Assembly: GCA_016786765.1 (NCBI GenBank)
Contig: JAEUUZ010000004.1
Span: forward strand, 21,300-85,299
Reading direction: 5' to 3'
Length of the DNA: 64,000 nucleotides
From: Chitinophagales bacterium
GTDB lineage: Bacteria > Bacteroidota > Bacteroidia > Chitinophagales > LD1
The notes beneath the pieces were generated by a model that was not told the DNA's origin, ran no database searches, and saw only the letters and a program-made list of their open reading frames with translations. The position numbers and the translations under genes were made by a program. How positions within the stretch are numbered: the stretch's first letter is position 1; every line of letters begins with the position of its first letter. Below, piece by piece: positions 34,744-43,703 of this stretch.

Positions 34744-35975
34744 AAAAGTACAAGGCTGAAATATTACTTTTCGTTATAGTAGGATGCCTTTCTCTATTGG
34801 CTTGCGAGTGGGTATTACGAAAATTCAAACATATTACTCCGGGTTTCCATACCTATTCACAATGGTTCACTCCGGTTGATACGCTTGCTTTTCACCGCGG
34901 CTTTGTAGCGGATAGCTTAGGAATTTTCAAAGTGGATGATAATGCACGAAATTTTTATCAAGAGCATCTGAAACATAATGAATTCAAACCTTTCACACTG
35001 AAAAATGTAAACCTGGAAGTGTATGGCATGGAATATCAATTTAAAGGCCTCGATACCCAACCAACCATTTTAGGGAAACTATATGCAGCGTTATTAGAGA
35101 AACAACAATTAGACGATGTAGACGCTGCTGTTATTGACTATTGCAGATGTCCAATTAATTCAGATGGATTCAAAAGTATTGCCTTTAAACCCTACAACAC
35201 AAAACGCAAAAAAATCTTATTGATTGGCGATTCGTTCACTTGGGGACATAATGCAGAGCCTATCACCAACTGCTTTGCCGACTACTTACTCGCACAAGGT
35301 TATATCGTCTTTAACACAGGCATTAGCGGCTCTGACCCAGCACAATACAAAGCCATTGCGGAGAAGTACATTCCGTTATTGCAACCTGATGTTGTAGTAG
35401 TAAACTTCTTTATGGGCAACGATATTTTCTATTTTGAACGAAAACCCAAACCTTTTATTCCTATTTTCTATTCATCGAATTCAACAAATTTAATTGCTTG
35501 TCCGCGTGGCGTGTACTTCAACAATATGGATAGTTGCTATGCTTATTCTTATCGCGGACTTACAATTCCGCAAATCGATTTATTTTCTCGCCTTTGCGCT
35601 AAAACAGCCACGGGCACAGCCATTTGGATGGTGGCGAATCGATTGGGATTATATAATCTCAATCACGCTTGTGACAAAAATATACATGATCAAGAAAAAA
35701 AACTACTTGAAAAAAAACCGGCTAATAACCGCCAAATTGCAGCTATTGACTCTCTTTCGCAAAAATACAATGCACAGTTTTTGTTACTTGCCATTCCCGA
35801 TTTAAGAAATGGGAAACTGTATCGAGCGAAAGACGAAAAATATCTATTTGAAAACATGAAATATTACGACCCGCCTGTCTCTGAACAAGACTATGTAGCC
35901 GGCAATGGGCATTACAGTAACATCGGGCAAATCAAACACGGAAAATTTATTGAGCAATTAATTCAACAGCAATAA
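34740..35975 (+). CDS. Membrane-anchored SGNH/GDSL-like hydrolase or acyltransferase
   Basis: TTG start overlapping the asnB-like stop (TTGA). N-terminal TM helix. Block I LLIGDSFTWG, block II GISGSD, block III FFMGNDI, C-terminal NGHYS. Confidence 0.55.
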   Translation: MKKYKAEILLFVIVGCLSLLACEWVLRKFKHITPGFHTYSQWFTPVDTLAFHRGFVADSLGIFKVDDNARNFYQEHLKHNEFKPFTLKNVNLEVYGMEYQFKGLDTQPTILGKLYAALLEKQQLDDVDAAVIDYCRCPINSDGFKSIAFKPYNTKRKKILLIGDSFTWGHNAEPITNCFADYLLAQGYIVFNTGISGSDPAQYKAIAEKYIPLLQPDVVVVNFFMGNDIFYFERKPKPFIPIFYSSNSTNLIACPRGVYFNNMDSCYAYSYRGLTIPQIDLFSRLCAKTATGTAIWMVANRLGLYNLNHACDKNIHDQEKKLLEKKPANNRQIAAIDSLSQKYNAQFLLLAIPDLRNGKLYRAKDEKYLFENMKYYDPPVSEQDYVAGNGHYSNIGQIKHGKFIEQLIQQQ

Positions 35976-35976
35976 A

Positions 35977-37377
35977 CTATTTCCCCTTTCCGTACACCAC
36001 AGTTTTCACAGTGTAAATCAAAATTTTGAGATCCATAACGATGCTCATATTTTCGATATAAATCAAATCATACTTCAAACGTTTCACCATTTCTTCAACG
36101 GTAGAAGCATAGCCATACTTTACCATTCCCAACGAGGTAATTCCGGGCTTTACTTTAAATACATGTGTGTATTGTGGTACTACTTTCTCGATTTGCTCTG
36201 CAAAATATTTTCGCTCGGCTCTAGGCCCAACAATCGACATATCTCCCTTAATGACATTAATAAATTGCGGTAATTCATCTACACGGAATTTACGCATCCA
36301 CAGCCCAACTTTTGTAATGCGAGGATCGGCATTGCTTGTTAGCTTAGGACCCTGCGCCTCTGCATCATTGCGCATTGAGCGAAACTTCATAATAAAGAAA
36401 GGCTTCCCGTATTGTCCAAGTCGTTCCTGTAAATAAAACACTCCACCTTCTGAATCTAATTTAATCAATACCATAACCACCACCCACACCGGGAAGGTAA
36501 TTAGCATAGCTAACACTGAAGCAATCACATCAAACCAGCGTTTACCAATTCGTTCCCACTCATCAATTAATACCGGAGGAATTTCAATAAATGCTTCTCC
36601 AACTACATGATTCATCTTCACAGTACGTGAAAGAATATCATACATGTCGGGTATAATTTTAATGAACACATTTCGATCGCCAACACTATGCATCAAATTC
36701 GTGAGCTCGGCATGTTGTTCTGTATTCACTGCTAAAATCACCTCTTCAATGCGCTCATTCACAATAAAAGAATCAATTGCTGAAAGGGAAACAGATGGTA
36801 CACCGTTGATGACGTCTCCATTATCCGTAAATGAAAGTCCTTTCAACACCAAGCCGAAGCGTTTATCGATGGCAAGAGATTTCATTACTTCTTCTACCTT
36901 CGCTTGTGTTCCAACGATTAAAGTATTAAACCCAATCCTACCTGAACGGATAAGAAATTTAGTGTAATTCAAATAAGAAAAACGCAAACTGATAGAGAAC
37001 AATAATTGCGCAAAAAACAAGGCTAAAAAGGTGAGGTAGTAATCTTTATATTCTTTCACCAAATCATCCAATAAAAATGCAAAAAAGATAATAACACAGC
37101 CTACTAAGGTAACCACCAATGTCTTCAGGAACTCCTGCAATCGCGACTTACGGAAAACATCTACATACGTGCCGGTGAAGTAATGCAACAATACCCAGAT
37201 TTGCGGAATTACAATTAAACCGATATAAAAGTTGGTATCTCGAAATGGCGTTTCAATATCCGCTTTAAAATGTTCGATATAGAATTTTCGGAAATAATAG
37301 AGCGTCATCCATGCTAATAAAGCAGCTAGGATATCGAGTACAAGATAAAAAAAGATAAACCTCTTTCTTCGATGCAT
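35977..37377 (-). CDS. WbaP-type polyprenyl-phosphate hexose-1-phosphate transferase (initiating phosphoglycosyl transferase)
   Basis: 4-5 N-terminal TM helices, a central Rossmann-like region, and a C-terminal bacterial sugar-transferase domain: KRWFD...FYLQERLGQYGKPFFIMKFRSM, DPRITKVGLWMRKFRVDELPQF.NV.KGDMS.VGPR. Confidence 0.88.
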   Translation of the reverse strand: MHRRKRFIFFYLVLDILAALLAWMTLYYFRKFYIEHFKADIETPFRDTNFYIGLIVIPQIWVLLHYFTGTYVDVFRKSRLQEFLKTLVVTLVGCVIIFFAFLLDDLVKEYKDYYLTFLALFFAQLLFSISLRFSYLNYTKFLIRSGRIGFNTLIVGTQAKVEEVMKSLAIDKRFGLVLKGLSFTDNGDVINGVPSVSLSAIDSFIVNERIEEVILAVNTEQHAELTNLMHSVGDRNVFIKIIPDMYDILSRTVKMNHVVGEAFIEIPPVLIDEWERIGKRWFDVIASVLAMLITFPVWVVVMVLIKLDSEGGVFYLQERLGQYGKPFFIMKFRSMRNDAEAQGPKLTSNADPRITKVGLWMRKFRVDELPQFINVIKGDMSIVGPRAERKYFAEQIEKVVPQYTHVFKVKPGITSLGMVKYGYASTVEEMVKRLKYDLIYIENMSIVMDLKILIYTVKTVVYGKGK

Positions 37378-37380
37378 GAA

Positions 37381-38220
37381 TTAAAACTGAACCACTTTAA
37401 TATTATCCAATAAAACCGTTACAGTACTTCCATCTGCCACTTTCGATACTTTAAAATACAATCGATATGAATCTCCTGCTGTTGCCCCAACTTCATTACC
37501 AAAATTCAGATACGTTTTATTCCAGGTGCTTTTCGGATTAAATGTAATCTTATATAAATCGGAAACTGCTCCATTCTTGTAAGACAACATTCCACATTCA
37601 AAATAGCCATCGCATTTATAATTCAGCTCCACATAAACATTCTGCCCGGCACCGGTGATTGGAAAACTGGCGGTGTGATATGCAAAAGCTGCAGTATCAT
37701 TGGGGCCCAAATAAATCTTTGCACTTCGTGTACCTTCAAATACATTAGAGTCGGTTCGATCTGTATTCAGTGTTAAACCGGAAAAGCTATTGGTAGCATC
37801 AAAATCTTCAATTAATGCAAACTTAGCAGCCGGCATATACTGAAAAACTGGAACATGTCGATAGGTATTTCCAGATTGCGCATTACTGATGCTAAACGTG
37901 TCTACTGCATAGAAAGGATATTCAACTCGAGTGTTAGCAATACCGTTATCTTTTATTCCTGCACCCAATTCAACACGTATATCGCCACTTTGCAATACGG
38001 GAATTTTGGCCGGAATTTGAAATGTTCCAATACTTTTTCCATTAACGCTTACCCATACATCGGTAATTTTATGCGATGCAGTACCCTTGCCAAATGCAGA
38101 TGCAAAACCTACTGAGTCAATGACTATATAAACAGGAATTCCCCCGTTTGGCATTTTGTTGCAACTCCAAAATGAAGTAACCACAATCAAGAAGGATAGT
38201 AAAAAAGCTATTCTTTTCAT
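37381..38220 (-). CDS. Hypothetical lipoprotein, co-transcribed with the WbaP-type gene
   Basis: Signal sequence plus Cys (VVTSFWSC). All-beta composition. Ends 3 nt before the WbaP start. No family recognised. Confidence 0.5.
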   Translation of the reverse strand: MKRIAFLLSFLIVVTSFWSCNKMPNGGIPVYIVIDSVGFASAFGKGTASHKITDVWVSVNGKSIGTFQIPAKIPVLQSGDIRVELGAGIKDNGIANTRVEYPFYAVDTFSISNAQSGNTYRHVPVFQYMPAAKFALIEDFDATNSFSGLTLNTDRTDSNVFEGTRSAKIYLGPNDTAAFAYHTASFPITGAGQNVYVELNYKCDGYFECGMLSYKNGAVSDLYKITFNPKSTWNKTYLNFGNEVGATAGDSYRLYFKVSKVADGSTVTVLLDNIKVVQF

Positions 38221-38309
38221 TACACAATATAAAGCGGAAAAGTAACGATAAAATGGGAAGAATATTATATCGTTAGGCGCAGTAGTGTAAAAAAGACTTT
38301 TTCATGACA

Positions 38310-39893
38310 TTATTTTGCAATAATCATACTCGCTACTTGAGCTACAACACCATTCTGCAAACGGGCGTAATAAAGCCCGGGCAATAGATTTTCATTATAA
38401 AAATCAACTACATATTTGCCTTGCGCCATATCTTGATCGATTAACACTTTAATCAGCTTTCCTTCACCGTCAAATACTTGCACTAGCGTTTGGCCGCCTC
38501 CGGTAGTAAATTCAATTTTTGTCTTTTCCACAAACGGATTAGGATAATTGCGAATAAGATTAATACCCGCTTTTGAATTGATATCATGAACTGCTGTAGA
38601 TGTACAACCGCTTGGATCCACTAATGGCAATGCTTGGAAGTTTTGCAATAACATTGTGTTGTCAATCACCGTTTTCGGTACACAAAACCAATCTTGTAGC
38701 AACGAGGCATACACCGAACGAAAATCGTACTGCATCGGCAAATTATCGTTCACTGTTGTAGCTGTTGAAATTGTTGGATTATTCCCCAAAATACCCGGTA
38801 TTACTTTGTTCCCAAACACAAACAATGGTGCTGCGGCTCCATGATCGGTTCCTTCTGAATAGTTAGAAACAATTCTTCTTCCGAACTCTGAAAACGTCAT
38901 CCCCGTAACCCGATCGGCTACACCTAATCCTTGTAAATCGTCTTGGAATGCTTTGATTGCCGATGATAACTTCGCTAACAAAGTAGCATGATCGCCTGTA
39001 TCCGTTGCCCCTGCAACCACTTGTCCGGAGTGGGTATCGAAGCCGCCTATATTTACTAAATACACTCGTGTTTTTAAACCACCGCCAATCAAACGTGCTA
39101 CGATTTTTAACTGATCGGCTAAATCGTTATTGGCCGGATACGCACCTTGCGATGTTACACTTGTTGCTGCATCTTTAATTACTTGTGTATACGTTTGCGT
39201 TTGGCCTGCAATGGTCCGCACATAAGCTAATTCTTTCCCCGCATTGGTTGCAGGAACAGGGTCTTGAACACCATTCAACAAATTATACAAACTGGTAGGA
39301 TCCGAAATTGCCATAGCCATGTTTACGGTTGGCCCCTGAAACAATGGCGATACAAAAGACCCTATTTGAATCGCTAAAGGATCGGTCATTGTTGCATTTG
39401 GATAGCCGGAAGGAAAATTCGGATACTCATAATTTAAGTATCTTCCCATTACACCCGTAGGTAAATTTTGATTGGAATCGGCTCCGGTTACCCAAATATC
39501 TGTTGCTCGGAAATGCGAAAAATTCGGGTTGGGATAACCTACAGATTGAACTATACGCAACTTACCATCATTATACATTTGCTGCATTTCGGGCATGGCC
39601 GGATGCAAACCTGTTGCTGTAGTTCCGTTTAGCGGTAATACTTTGGAGCTGTTTATCAAAATATTACTTCGCAAACCCGACAAGGCACTGTATTGATCCA
39701 AAGGAATAACAGTATTCAATCCATCGTTCCCTCCGGTCATCTGAATCAACACCAATACATGGTCGGTATCCGAATCATTTGCCGTTAACGCTGAAATTAA
39801 TGGCGAAGCGCCAAAGGCTTTAATTGTCATTCCACTTAACAATGCCGGCAAAACAGCTACAGGTGTGGCTTTTAAAAATGTTCTACGTTTCAT
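38310..39893 (-). CDS. DUF1501-family (sulfatase/phosphatase-superfamily-like) protein with Tat signal and type-A T9SS C-terminal domain
   Basis: N-terminus MKRRTFLKATPVAVLPALLSGMTIKAFGA (RRxFLK). Core GGNDGLN..., GGFDTH, GTDHG. C-terminal ~80 aa NYPNPFVEKTKIEF...GLYYARLQNG... matches the Por_Secre_tail pattern. Confidence 0.75.
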   Translation of the reverse strand: MKRRTFLKATPVAVLPALLSGMTIKAFGASPLISALTANDSDTDHVLVLIQMTGGNDGLNTVIPLDQYSALSGLRSNILINSSKVLPLNGTTATGLHPAMPEMQQMYNDGKLRIVQSVGYPNPNFSHFRATDIWVTGADSNQNLPTGVMGRYLNYEYPNFPSGYPNATMTDPLAIQIGSFVSPLFQGPTVNMAMAISDPTSLYNLLNGVQDPVPATNAGKELAYVRTIAGQTQTYTQVIKDAATSVTSQGAYPANNDLADQLKIVARLIGGGLKTRVYLVNIGGFDTHSGQVVAGATDTGDHATLLAKLSSAIKAFQDDLQGLGVADRVTGMTFSEFGRRIVSNYSEGTDHGAAAPLFVFGNKVIPGILGNNPTISTATTVNDNLPMQYDFRSVYASLLQDWFCVPKTVIDNTMLLQNFQALPLVDPSGCTSTAVHDINSKAGINLIRNYPNPFVEKTKIEFTTGGGQTLVQVFDGEGKLIKVLIDQDMAQGKYVVDFYNENLLPGLYYARLQNGVVAQVASMIIAK

Positions 39894-39926
39894 CCTATTC
39901 GTTTATAACGTCTATTAAAAGTTCGA

Positions 39927-41564
39927 TTAACTCAATTGATATTCGGGCATTTCCATAATAAATGCATACATGTATTGAAGGCGTGTCAATACAATTTGCT
40001 TCTTGGATGCATTGGTTGGATCAGCAACATAATCGTTCCAAGCATTCGTCCAATAATAATCAGATGCTTGTCCGGAAAGCAATGTATAGGTTTTAAGGTA
40101 AGCCTTCCACGCTGCAGAAACCTCCATGGTATACATCATAGTTAATACATCGTCAATTAATGTATTCGGATTGGATGGATCAGAAAAAGTTGCTGTTAAA
40201 GCAATAGTATCCATAATCAATTTATAACCTGATTTAGTTACACCGGCATACAACAAACCATCGGTGAAATTTTTCCGCTTAGGCATGGTATCACTGTTAA
40301 TCCATAGCTCGTGAAAGGCCGGTTCTTGATAGTATGCAGGCCATCCGGCAACACTTGGCTGATCTAATAAATCTTGCGCCATAGTGGCTGAAAACTGTTC
40401 ACCTAATAGCCAGAAATAATATTGATTTTGTAGCGCAGTGGCATCTGGAAAAACCAACTTATTCTCTCTGCAAAATCCTACTGTAAAGTCAACAGAAGAT
40501 TTAATCATGCAACTCCTATTCGCCATATCAAAAAAGTGTTCGCTTTTAAATAGTATTGAAAGCACCGGTTTGATATCGTAATTATTAGCGCGGAACACTT
40601 GTGCTAACGGAACAATTACATTCGTTTCGATATCAGCATCAATTGTATAATAGACAAAAAATCGATATAACTTTCTGCACACAAACAAAGCGCACTCTTC
40701 ATTCAAAAAGAGCATATCCAATAAATCGTCTAACTCATTCTGCCCGTTGGGGCCGCTTTGTCCAAGAATTACAGTGTTGTTATAAAAAGTTGAAAACTGT
40801 TTATCGGTAGCATCATGCCGAGCAGGATCAAAGTATGACGTATTATTTAAACTATCATCTCTATACCCGGTGAGTACACGTGCCGCTGCTTTTACATCAT
40901 CCTCGGTGTACAAGGAATTGGGACCCTTCCCGATACAAAAAAGCTCTTGCAATTCACGCGCATAATTTTCATCAGGCACCCCTTTTTTGTTTTTGTTTCC
41001 ATTCAAATACACCAACATAGCAGGTTCTAAAGTAATGGCCTTTGTTAACGCTTTAAAATTACCCAATGCGTTTGCCCGAATAGTTTCTAGATAACGATAC
41101 CCATAGCGAGGTTCAGCATAGTTTTGAATTTGTGTTGCAAAATGGTTTTGCCAACACAAGGTCATTTTCTGCTCAATGCTTCGGCTTTGATTAATCATCA
41201 AACCCATCCACCACGCTTTGAGCGAAGCCCCTCTTAACCCTGTTACTCCGGGTACAGGCGGTGAATTCACCCATGTTTGCCCAAATGTGGCATAGGCATC
41301 ATCATCTGTGTTGGTGTAATTCTTTAATGGTGGTGCCGGTGGCGAAACTGAAGCGTTGAGCAACTCATTTACACTGTCGTTCATACCCTGACTTAAAAAA
41401 TAATTGATATCGTCAAAGGTGGCCCCAAACAGGGTCCGTTTCAGCAAATGAACTACTTCATTTTTGGTCCATACTCCGGTGTAGGGTGTAAGTCCGGACG
41501 TAGATCGAGAAGATTTTGGGTGAACAGTGGCATCAGCAGCCCCAAAAAGGAGATTATTCGACAT
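39927..41564 (-). CDS. DUF1800-family protein (usual partner of DUF1501)
   Basis: VVHLLKRTLFGAT near the N-terminus and ~545 aa of helical sequence. Lies immediately upstream of the DUF1501 gene, which is the conserved pairing. Confidence 0.65.
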   Translation of the reverse strand: MSNNLLFGAADATVHPKSSRSTSGLTPYTGVWTKNEVVHLLKRTLFGATFDDINYFLSQGMNDSVNELLNASVSPPAPPLKNYTNTDDDAYATFGQTWVNSPPVPGVTGLRGASLKAWWMGLMINQSRSIEQKMTLCWQNHFATQIQNYAEPRYGYRYLETIRANALGNFKALTKAITLEPAMLVYLNGNKNKKGVPDENYARELQELFCIGKGPNSLYTEDDVKAAARVLTGYRDDSLNNTSYFDPARHDATDKQFSTFYNNTVILGQSGPNGQNELDDLLDMLFLNEECALFVCRKLYRFFVYYTIDADIETNVIVPLAQVFRANNYDIKPVLSILFKSEHFFDMANRSCMIKSSVDFTVGFCRENKLVFPDATALQNQYYFWLLGEQFSATMAQDLLDQPSVAGWPAYYQEPAFHELWINSDTMPKRKNFTDGLLYAGVTKSGYKLIMDTIALTATFSDPSNPNTLIDDVLTMMYTMEVSAAWKAYLKTYTLLSGQASDYYWTNAWNDYVADPTNASKKQIVLTRLQYMYAFIMEMPEYQLS

Positions 41565-41663
41565 AAAACACTCGTTTTACTAAATATACCTGATTTAGGA
41601 GAAAAAGTTTAATCCAACTAGAAATAAATTTGCAACTAAATATTTAGCGTAACATCAAACAAG

Positions 41664-42494
41664 TTATGCAACCCATTCAATGCTATCGGGTCGGAGTATA
41701 ATTTTCTTTTCTTTAAAAAGACCACCAATAGCTTTCTTGAACGACTTCTTACTCATTTGCAATTGATCGCGAATGGCATCGGGCTCACTGTTATCGTTAA
41801 GTGGTAAAAAACCATTGTTACTTTGCAATGCAGCGATTACTTTCTCTTTCGCATCATCCGAAATCCCAAAATCACGCGCTTGTAACTTTAAGTCAATCTT
41901 AAAATCATCTCTAATTTTTTTGATATACGCCTTTCGCTTTTCCCCAACGTTTACAGTTTCGAAAATTTCATTTTCATATAATAACCCTCGATATGCATTA
42001 TTGATAATTGCATCAAAACCTAAATTGGTTCGCTTTGTAATAAGAATATCCACCGCATCGTTTTCCTTTAATGTATCATCGGCTTGCTGTAAAAACTTGG
42101 AAAGCCTTGCTGATGCAGTTACACGCGATGAGACCACATCCAAGTAAACATAAACAACATACCAATTGCCTTCTTGCATAGCAATGGTTTGTTCGCGAAA
42201 TGGCACCAAAATATCTTTCTCTAGCCCCCAATCTAAAAAGGCGCCTGCGGTGTTAACTGCTTTTACTTCCATATAGGCAAACTCGCCCACAACTGCATTA
42301 GGCACTTGTGTTGTAGCTACCAAACGCGTTTCATTATCCTTGTAAACAAATACATTCACTTCGGCACCTAGCTGCATTTCAGGTAACACAGCCTTTCTAG
42401 GCAACAACACGGTATCGGTTCTGTCGGTCAACAAAAGACCCTCTGCCAATTCCTCACACACGGTCAGTACATTAAATTTCCCTATTGCTATCAT
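41664..42494 (-). CDS. CvfB/YitL-like S1-domain RNA-binding protein
   Basis: 276 aa. Repeated S1-like segments (GEFAYMEVKAVNTAGAFLDWGLEKDILVP; WYVVYVYLD) and a C-terminal winged-helix-like tail (MSKKSFKKAIGGLFKEKKI). Confidence 0.65.
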   Translation of the reverse strand: MIAIGKFNVLTVCEELAEGLLLTDRTDTVLLPRKAVLPEMQLGAEVNVFVYKDNETRLVATTQVPNAVVGEFAYMEVKAVNTAGAFLDWGLEKDILVPFREQTIAMQEGNWYVVYVYLDVVSSRVTASARLSKFLQQADDTLKENDAVDILITKRTNLGFDAIINNAYRGLLYENEIFETVNVGEKRKAYIKKIRDDFKIDLKLQARDFGISDDAKEKVIAALQSNNGFLPLNDNSEPDAIRDQLQMSKKSFKKAIGGLFKEKKIILRPDSIEWVA

Positions 42495-42618
42495 CGCCTA
42501 AAGGTAGAACGAAATGGCAAATTTTACCGGCTATTTTTAATTAGTTACTAAATGCACTTAAAACGTTTCAACAGTTCGTTTCCCATTTATTTCATAACTT
42601 TAGCTTAACAAAACCAAA

Positions 42619-43698
42619 ATGATGAAAAAACTCTTTTTCTTATGCATTCTATTCTCTTTTACATTAATCACATGTAAAAAGGATGATTCCAAAACCAATA
42701 CGATTACCTACGATAATTTGAACACCAAAAATGTTTCAAAAATTGCTTTAGGTTCTTGCTTTCTGCAACAGTTCTTTACTGCCGAAATCTATGATGAAAT
42801 TGACAAGAAAAACCCCGAAGTATTTTTAGGATTAGGCGATATGATTTATTCCGATGAGTTTTTTGGCGGTGGCACACATGATACAGACTGGGCACAATAT
42901 CTAACCGGTCGTTATAACGAATTAGGCACTATGCCCCCATTTCAATCGTTCCGTTCGAAATATCCTATTCATGCAATTTGGGACGATCACGATTACGGAA
43001 TGAACAATGCTGCAGGAGAATTCATGAATAAGAACATTTCAAAAGATGTATTTTTCAACTTCTGGAATTTGCCAAAATCCGGAAAGCGTTGGGAAAGAAA
43101 TGGCATCTACGATGTATTCTATTATGGCGATGATGCGCATAGAGTACAATTACTCTTTTTAGATTTGCGGTGGAACTTGGATAATCCCGGACCTGAACCT
43201 ATTGCGGTTATTACTGATCAAACCAAAAAAATGATGAGTGATGAACAGTGGAATTGGGTAAAAGAAGAATTGAAAAAACCGGCCAAAATCCGAATCATAT
43301 GCAGCAGTACACAATTCTGTACCGAGCACAACGGTTATGAGACGTGGGCCAATTTTCCGCACGAACAGGAACGAATGTATCAAACCATTAAAGATGCAAA
43401 AGCAGAACATCTATTCTTCTTAAGTGGTGATGTGCATATCGCTGAGGTAAACAAAAGAACACCTGTAGGCTTATATCCGATTTGGGATTTTACTAGTAGT
43501 GGGATGGCACAATTGCATGGCACAAATACACAACCAAGTCAGTATCGGGTAGGACAAGCATTTGATAAAAACAATTTCGGCACGTTGGATATCGATTGGA
43601 GTGGGTCGTCACCTTCAGTTAAGTTCACTGCCTTTGATGATAAAGGCGTTGAATTAATGCAACAATCCGTTTCGATGGCAGACCTCAAACTTCCATAA
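42619..43698 (+). CDS. PhoD-like metallophosphatase (alkaline phosphatase D family), lipoprotein
   Basis: Lipobox FTLITC. Metallophosphatase motifs GLGDMIYSD, IWDDHDYGMNN, LSGDVHIAE. Confidence 0.75.
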   Translation: MMKKLFFLCILFSFTLITCKKDDSKTNTITYDNLNTKNVSKIALGSCFLQQFFTAEIYDEIDKKNPEVFLGLGDMIYSDEFFGGGTHDTDWAQYLTGRYNELGTMPPFQSFRSKYPIHAIWDDHDYGMNNAAGEFMNKNISKDVFFNFWNLPKSGKRWERNGIYDVFYYGDDAHRVQLLFLDLRWNLDNPGPEPIAVITDQTKKMMSDEQWNWVKEELKKPAKIRIICSSTQFCTEHNGYETWANFPHEQERMYQTIKDAKAEHLFFLSGDVHIAEVNKRTPVGLYPIWDFTSSGMAQLHGTNTQPSQYRVGQAFDKNNFGTLDIDWSGSSPSVKFTAFDDKGVELMQQSVSMADLKLP

Positions 43699-43703
43699 CT
43701 TTA

